From Picochlorum sp. SENEW3 (lineage: Eukaryota): DNA of 64,000 nucleotides. The notes beneath the pieces are model-generated. The model did no database searches and was not told where the DNA came from. It worked only from the letters and a program-made list of their open reading frames with translations. Shown one piece after another: positions 61,736 through 64,000 of this stretch; the first letter of the stretch is position 1, and each line of letters begins with the position of its first letter. The position numbers and the translations under genes are program-made. The stretch lies in contig CP120460.1 in NCBI GenBank assembly GCA_034226945.1, forward strand, positions 434,001 through 498,000. Direction: 5' to 3'.

Positions 61736-63730
61736 ATGGAAGAATATTGTAGGGTTTTACCAGAAAAGCTTCATGGAGAGGAGGATTGGGTCGTTCGACG
61801 GAGTGTATTGAGTGAGAGGAATCTTGTCGAGACATTTCAAGGTCAGGAGGATGCAGAGACAGTACGCACTCTGTACGACGTATTTGAGCGGAGTGTTGAT
61901 TTATACAAAGAGAAACCATATCTAGGGTACAGAACGATTCTTGAGGATGGGTCTGCGGCTGCATATGAGTGGATCACGTATGGACATGTTGCTCAGATAC
62001 GAAATGCCATTGGGTCTGGTATGCTCGAGTTGGGAGTGAAGGGAGGGAGCGATACGAGGGTTGGGCTGTATTCGCATAATAGTGTGGATTGGATGTTGGT
62101 TGATTGCGCTGTTCATGCGTATGGGATGACGGCAGTGCCGTTATATGACACCCTGGGACCAGATGCTGTGGAGTATATTTCCAATCATGCTGAGCTGGCG
62201 GCGATCGCGTGCTCTATTACAGTGCTTGATAAATTATATCCAGTTCTTTCATCCTGTACGACTGTCAAGCTGGTTGTTGTGTATGGGACGACGCCTCACC
62301 AGAGGTTGCCGGAGAAGCCTGCTGGGTGTGGGCATGTCAGGGTGATGACATTGGATAGAGTGCAGGCCATGGGATACAAGCATCCAAAGCCGCACATGCC
62401 TCCGCGGCCTGATGATATTGCATTGATTAATTATACGTCTGGGACGACTGGTGTACCGAAGGGTGCCATGTTGACGCACAGAGCTTTGATTGCAAATGTG
62501 GCTGGAGCATGCATGGTGATTGACCCAATCATAGAGTCCGACACGATGGAGCACAGGCATATTTCGTATTTGCCTTTGGCGCATATTTATGAGCGATTTA
62601 ATGTGATATTGATGACGTTCAAGGGTGGAGCTATAGGATTCTATAGAGGGGATGTGTTGCTGTTGTTGGAGGATGTAGAACAGCTTCAGCCCACAACATT
62701 TGCATCTGTGCCGAGGTTGTACAATCGAATATACGATAAAGTCATGGCGCAAATTGAAAGTAGTAGCATCGTCGCGAAAAAATTGTTCTGGACGGCGTTT
62801 AATTATAAAAAGGCGCATATTTTGAACGGCGATTTACGAGGGGGGCCTCTTGCCCCATTGTTTGATGCTCTGGTGTTTTCAAAAATTCGAGCAAAATTGG
62901 GCGGGAAGATTCATATGTTATCCAGCGGATCATCACCCATTTCGAGCGATGTATTCTTATTTCTGCGAGTATGTTTTGGCCCGAATGTGCTGGAGGGGTA
63001 TGGGATGACAGAGACGGCATGCTTGATCACGTTGACATACCCAGGAGATGCCACATATGGACATGTTGGTGCACCCATTCCATCATGTGAGGTCAAGCTG
63101 GATGATATTCCAGAGATGAATTACTCAAACAAGGATACACCGTATCCTCGAGGGGAAATTTGTGTTCGAGGTCCCATTCTATTCTCCGGGTATTTGAAGA
63201 ACCCAGAGGCTACAGCAGAGACAATAGACAAGGATGGATGGTTACATACTGGCGATGTTGGTATGTGGCTCCCTGGAGGTCGGTTGAAAATTTTCGACAG
63301 GAAAAAGAGTCTGTTCAAGCTCGCGCAAGGGGAATACATATCTCCGGAAAAAATTGAAGGTGTATATGGCAGATCTCCCTTCATTTTGCAGACATTTGTG
63401 TATGGAGATTCATTACAGGCCCAGTTGGTGGCCATTGTGGTCCCTGACCCAGAATACCTGCTGCCCTGGGCAGCACAAAGAAACCTACCCCAAGATATGA
63501 ACCAGCTCTGCGCCAACTCGCACGTCTCTGCAGCCATATTTAAGAGCATGCAAGAAGAAGCCAGATCCGCTGGGCTGAAAGGATTTGAACGGGCTGCTGC
63601 AATTCGCCTCTGGGCAGAGCCATTGAGTGTGGAGAATGGCCTCTTGACCCCAACATTCAAGGTGAAGCGTCCTCAGGCCAAGGCTGTCTTTGAACAATTA
63701 ATTAATGAAATGTATGCGTCACTTTCATAA
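61736..63730 (+). CDS. LACS: Long-chain acyl-CoA synthetase (LACS6/7-like)
   Basis: YTSGTTGVPKG, SYLPLAHIYE, EGYGMTE, GWLHTGDVG, DRKKSLFKLAQGEYISPEKIE, GLLTPTFK. Confidence 0.95.
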   Translation: MEEYCRVLPEKLHGEEDWVVRRSVLSERNLVETFQGQEDAETVRTLYDVFERSVDLYKEKPYLGYRTILEDGSAAAYEWITYGHVAQIRNAIGSGMLELGVKGGSDTRVGLYSHNSVDWMLVDCAVHAYGMTAVPLYDTLGPDAVEYISNHAELAAIACSITVLDKLYPVLSSCTTVKLVVVYGTTPHQRLPEKPAGCGHVRVMTLDRVQAMGYKHPKPHMPPRPDDIALINYTSGTTGVPKGAMLTHRALIANVAGACMVIDPIIESDTMEHRHISYLPLAHIYERFNVILMTFKGGAIGFYRGDVLLLLEDVEQLQPTTFASVPRLYNRIYDKVMAQIESSSIVAKKLFWTAFNYKKAHILNGDLRGGPLAPLFDALVFSKIRAKLGGKIHMLSSGSSPISSDVFLFLRVCFGPNVLEGYGMTETACLITLTYPGDATYGHVGAPIPSCEVKLDDIPEMNYSNKDTPYPRGEICVRGPILFSGYLKNPEATAETIDKDGWLHTGDVGMWLPGGRLKIFDRKKSLFKLAQGEYISPEKIEGVYGRSPFILQTFVYGDSLQAQLVAIVVPDPEYLLPWAAQRNLPQDMNQLCANSHVSAAIFKSMQEEARSAGLKGFERAAAIRLWAEPLSVENGLLTPTFKVKRPQAKAVFEQLINEMYASLS

Positions 63731-63748
63731 TTCGTGTAATAGATCAGC

Positions 63749-64000
63749 ATGGTATCCCTATCGTACGAGGAAGTTTTGAACTGTTGCGCGTCAAAGTCAT
63801 TTGCGCAACGATTAGCCTCGCATTCTCCATTTCAGGACGAAGCAGAGGTTTTTAAGATATCTAGAGATATTTGGTGGACTGAGGTATGCCGTATAATGCA
63901 ATTACAGCACTGCGGGTGTCAAATGACACAACCCTTGTCTGCTGCAGTTGTCCATTTTTGACTGGCTCGAGGCTTTTCAAGCACACCCAAGTATAGGTGA
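63749..64000 (+). CDS. TTL: OHCU decarboxylase / transthyretin-like (TTL) gene, 5' part (exons 63749-63883 and 63948-end); runs off the window
   Basis: LNCCASKSFA...SPF...SRDIWWTE|LSIFDWLEAFQAHPSIG, the OHCU decarboxylase signature. Confidence 0.85.

Noticed and set aside
1..64000. Transposons, viral inserts, CRISPR arrays, rRNA
   Set aside because: No transposase, reverse transcriptase or integrase ORFs, terminal repeats, spacer arrays or rRNA-like sequence were seen.

Overview
Gene-dense eukaryotic nuclear DNA with about 40 genes in 64 kb, short GT-AG introns (mostly ~60-100 nt), and near-touching or overlapping convergent genes. The gene content points to a compact green alga; a Picochlorum-like trebouxiophyte is my inference, not a database result. 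Most genes are recognisable housekeeping, plastid or regulatory genes (GLDH, SEC23, SIN3, calmodulin, phototropin, ROQH1, CDH1/FZR, JMJD6, FtsHi, TASH3, CbbY, P4H, COQ4, MO25, CA1Pase, MIF, eIF3d, LACS). The standout signal is a circularly permuted tRNA-Arg(UCU) gene at 55224-55339: its 3' half (positions 38-73) lies upstream of its 5' half (positions 1-37), separated by a 42-nt spacer. Other finds not in the ORF track are a candidate H/ACA snoRNA in the oversized second intron of eIF3d and a spliced 47-aa ATP synthase subunit e gene. Also notable are a secreted Cys-rich/FN3/(Ser-Pro)n wall protein with a very recent internal duplication and an orphan disordered protein with PP1-docking motifs. 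Family assignments come from motif recognition by eye and exon boundaries were derived by hand; no searches were run.
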